Shown here: positions 15,404 through 18,748 of the stretch, in pieces
Layout: every line of letters begins with the position of its first letter
Position numbering within the stretch: the first letter of the stretch is position 1
Origin: Clostridia bacterium
GTDB lineage: Bacteria; Bacillota; Clostridia; Christensenellales; Aristaeellaceae
DNA length: 18,748 bases
Direction of reading: 5' to 3'
NCBI GenBank assembly: GCA_024404275.1
Contig: JAKSQG010000019.1
Coordinates: 1-18,748, forward strand
Translations under genes and position numbers: made by a program
The notes under the pieces: model-generated
Told to the model about the DNA's origin: nothing
The model's input: the letters and a program-made list of their open reading frames with translations, nothing else
Database searches by the model: none

Positions 15404-15432
15404 ATTATACTCTTTTTTTCATCTGATTTCAA
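15404..15432 (-). promoter_or_regulatory. SigA-type promoter of pgi
   Basis: On the minus strand: TTGAAA (15432..15427), 17 nt of spacer, TATAAT (15409..15404). Confidence 0.75.
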
Positions 15433-15530
15433 TATCCCTCTTCCGCTGTTCAAAAAAGCGCCGATTTCTGATTTTTCTTCACCGACGGGCAAAAAAAGAA
15501 TACGGCAGGCAAAATTTTTTCAAAAAGGGG

Positions 15531-15921
<391 letters not shown>

Positions 15922-15968
15922 TTCTTCTATATAAAGTATATCGCATATTACGGAAAGGAAGTTTTTGA

Positions 15969-17603
<1,635 letters not shown>

Positions 17604-17628
17604 TCCCCGCGATCCATCACGCTCACAC

Positions 17629-17659
17629 GGCGGAAAGCTTCGGCTTTCCGCCTTTTTTT
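17629..17659 (+). terminator. Rho-independent terminator of groESL
   Basis: Stem ggcggaaagc (17629..17638) pairs with gctttccgcc (17643..17652), with loop ttcg, followed by ttttttt (17653..17659). Confidence 0.92.
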
Positions 17660-17683
17660 GTTCGAAAGTTCCTTTGTTTTTTA

Positions 17684-17712
17684 TTGACAAACCCTTTGAA
17701 AAAGAATAAAAT
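17684..17712 (+). promoter_or_regulatory. SigA-type promoter of the uracil permease leader
   Basis: TTGACA (17684..17689), 17 nt of spacer, TAAAAT (17707..17712). Confidence 0.8.
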
Positions 17713-17735
17713 ACACTTCGACAACCAACGCGTGT

Positions 17736-17766
17736 CCTTTAACCCGGTCCGGAGAGGCTGGGAAGG
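17736..17766 (+). promoter_or_regulatory. PyrR-binding anti-antiterminator hairpin (pyr attenuator binding loop)
   Basis: ccuuuaaccc-GGUCCGGAGAGGCU-gggaagg. The loop closely matches the conserved PyrR site (..UCCAGAGAGGCU..GAAGG) known from Bacillus pyr leaders. The flanks ccuu..ccc and ggg..aagg can pair. Confidence 0.8.
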
Positions 17767-17786
17767 CTGCACAACAACGGTTTTGC

Positions 17787-17820
17787 CGCCTTGCCCGCCA
17801 TGGGCAAGGCGTTTTCTCTT
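17787..17820 (+). terminator. Attenuator terminator of the PyrR-controlled leader
   Basis: Stem cgccttgccc (17787..17796) pairs with gggcaaggcg (17802..17811), followed by ttttctctt. The upstream gggaaggc (17760..17767) is nearly complementary to the left arm gccttgccc. This gives the expected alternative antiterminator pairing. Confidence 0.75.
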
Positions 17821-17860
17821 GGGGCGCGCCGGTTGATCTTCGAAGGAGGCATCAGTTATT

Positions 17861-18748
17861 ATGAAACTGACCTACAACATCAGCGACAAGCCGAAGCTGT
17901 CCCAGACGCTCGTCTTTGCTCTGCAGCAGGTGCTGGCCATTCTGGCCGCCACCATCGCCGTGCCCTCCATCGTCGGCAACGGTATGAGCCAGTCCGCCGC
18001 CCTGTTCGGCGCCGGTATCGGTACCCTCGTTTACCTCGCTTTCACCAAGTTCAAGAGCCCCGTGTTCCTGGGTTCTTCCTTCGCCTTCCTGGGCTCCATG
18101 TTCACCGCCTTCGCCGGTGCCGTTTCCATGGCTGCCGGTTACGCCGGCATCCTGCTGGGCGCCATCTTCGCCGGTCTGGTGTACGTTGTCATCGCTCTGG
18201 TCGTTAAGAAGAGCGGCACCGGCTGGATCAAGAAGCTGATGCCCGCTGTTGTTATCGGACCTACCGTGGCCATCATCGGTCTGTCCCTGGCCGGCAACGC
18301 TGTGGGCGACCTCAAGACCGCCACTGCCGGCGGCTCTGAGTATCTGGCCATTGTCTGCGGTCTGGTCACCCTGGGCGCCACCATGTACGCCTCCGTGTAC
18401 GGCAAGAAGTTCATCAAGATGATCCCCTTCATCATCGGTATCTGCGCCGGCTATGCCGTTGCCGCCGTGATGACCGTCATCGGCACCATCGCCAATGTTC
18501 AGGTCCTGATGATCATCGACTTCAGCAAGTTCAACAACATGCAGTGGGTGCCCGACTTCACCTTCGTCAAGGCCTTCAACGGTCTGGGCGAGCTGACCGC
18601 CTCCTACATCGCCACCATCGCCGTCGCTTATGTGCCCGTCGCCTTCGTTGTGTTCGCCGAGCATATCGCCGACCACATGAACCTCTCCTCCATCATCGAG
18701 CATGACCTGCTGACCGATCCCGGCCTGCACAACACCCTGCTGGGCGAC
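17861..18748 (+). CDS. pyrP: Uracil permease, NCS2 (nucleobase:cation symporter-2) family, 3'-truncated by the window edge
   Basis: Not in the ORF track because it has no stop in the window. My own translation from the ATG at 17861 (GAAGGAGG upstream) gives 296 open codons: MKLTYNISDKPKLSQTLVFALQQVLAILAATIAVP...FLGSSFAFLG...KKSGTGWIKKLMP...VFAEHIADH...DLLTDPGLHNTLLGD. This is collinear with E. coli UraA features (GSSFAF, KKAGTGW, EHIGH, DLLRDPGLHR). The PyrR leader supports uracil specificity. The track's 17852..18730 minus ORF is its antisense shadow. Confidence 0.9.
   Translation, partial: MKLTYNISDKPKLSQTLVFALQQVLAILAATIAVPSIVGNGMSQSAALFGAGIGTLVYLAFTKFKSPVFLGSSFAFLGSMFTAFAGAVSMAAGYAGILLGAIFAGLVYVVIALVVKKSGTGWIKKLMPAVVIGPTVAIIGLSLAGNAVGDLKTATAGGSEYLAIVCGLVTLGATMYASVYGKKFIKMIPFIIGICAGYAVAAVMTVIGTIANVQVLMIIDFSKFNNMQWVPDFTFVKAFNGLGELTASYIATIAVAYVPVAFVVFAEHIADHMNLSSIIEHDLLTDPGLHNTLLGD

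Overview
GC-rich, Firmicutes/Clostridia-style chromosomal segment: GGAGG Shine-Dalgarno sites, near-consensus TTGACA-17-TATAAT promoters, a CIRCE-controlled groES-groEL and a PyrR-attenuated uracil permease. I call 16 protein-coding units. On the + strand: a 5'-truncated rod protein of 39 register-perfect 14-residue repeats with a DUF6273-like C-terminal domain; two tandem secreted paralogs of unknown family; a small secreted DUF6273-like gene; rpiB; an anion permease; groES; groEL; and a 3'-truncated pyrP/uraA-like permease that the ORF track misses because it has no stop in the window. On the - strand: a nucleoside hydrolase; an operon of Gfo/Idh/MocA oxidoreductase, ThuA-like protein and GH20-like hexosaminidase; a Tat-exported C_GCAxxG_C_C/FMN-bind fusion; mutY; and pgi. 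I found no rRNA, tRNA, CRISPR, transposase, integrase or recognisable defence or toxin genes. The many long ORFs antisense to real genes are GC-driven artefacts. The most unusual observation is that two otherwise intact genes (the GH20-like gene and the small DUF6273-like gene) each carry exactly one in-frame TAG inside a conserved domain, while none of the 15 CDS termini in the window uses TAG. Two nonsense pseudogenes is the default reading, but TAG read-through or recoding should be tested genome-wide. Also of interest are the uncharacterised secreted paralog pair, the repeat rod and the extracytosolic flavoprotein fusion. I cannot demonstrate a complete novel multi-gene system from sequence alone.
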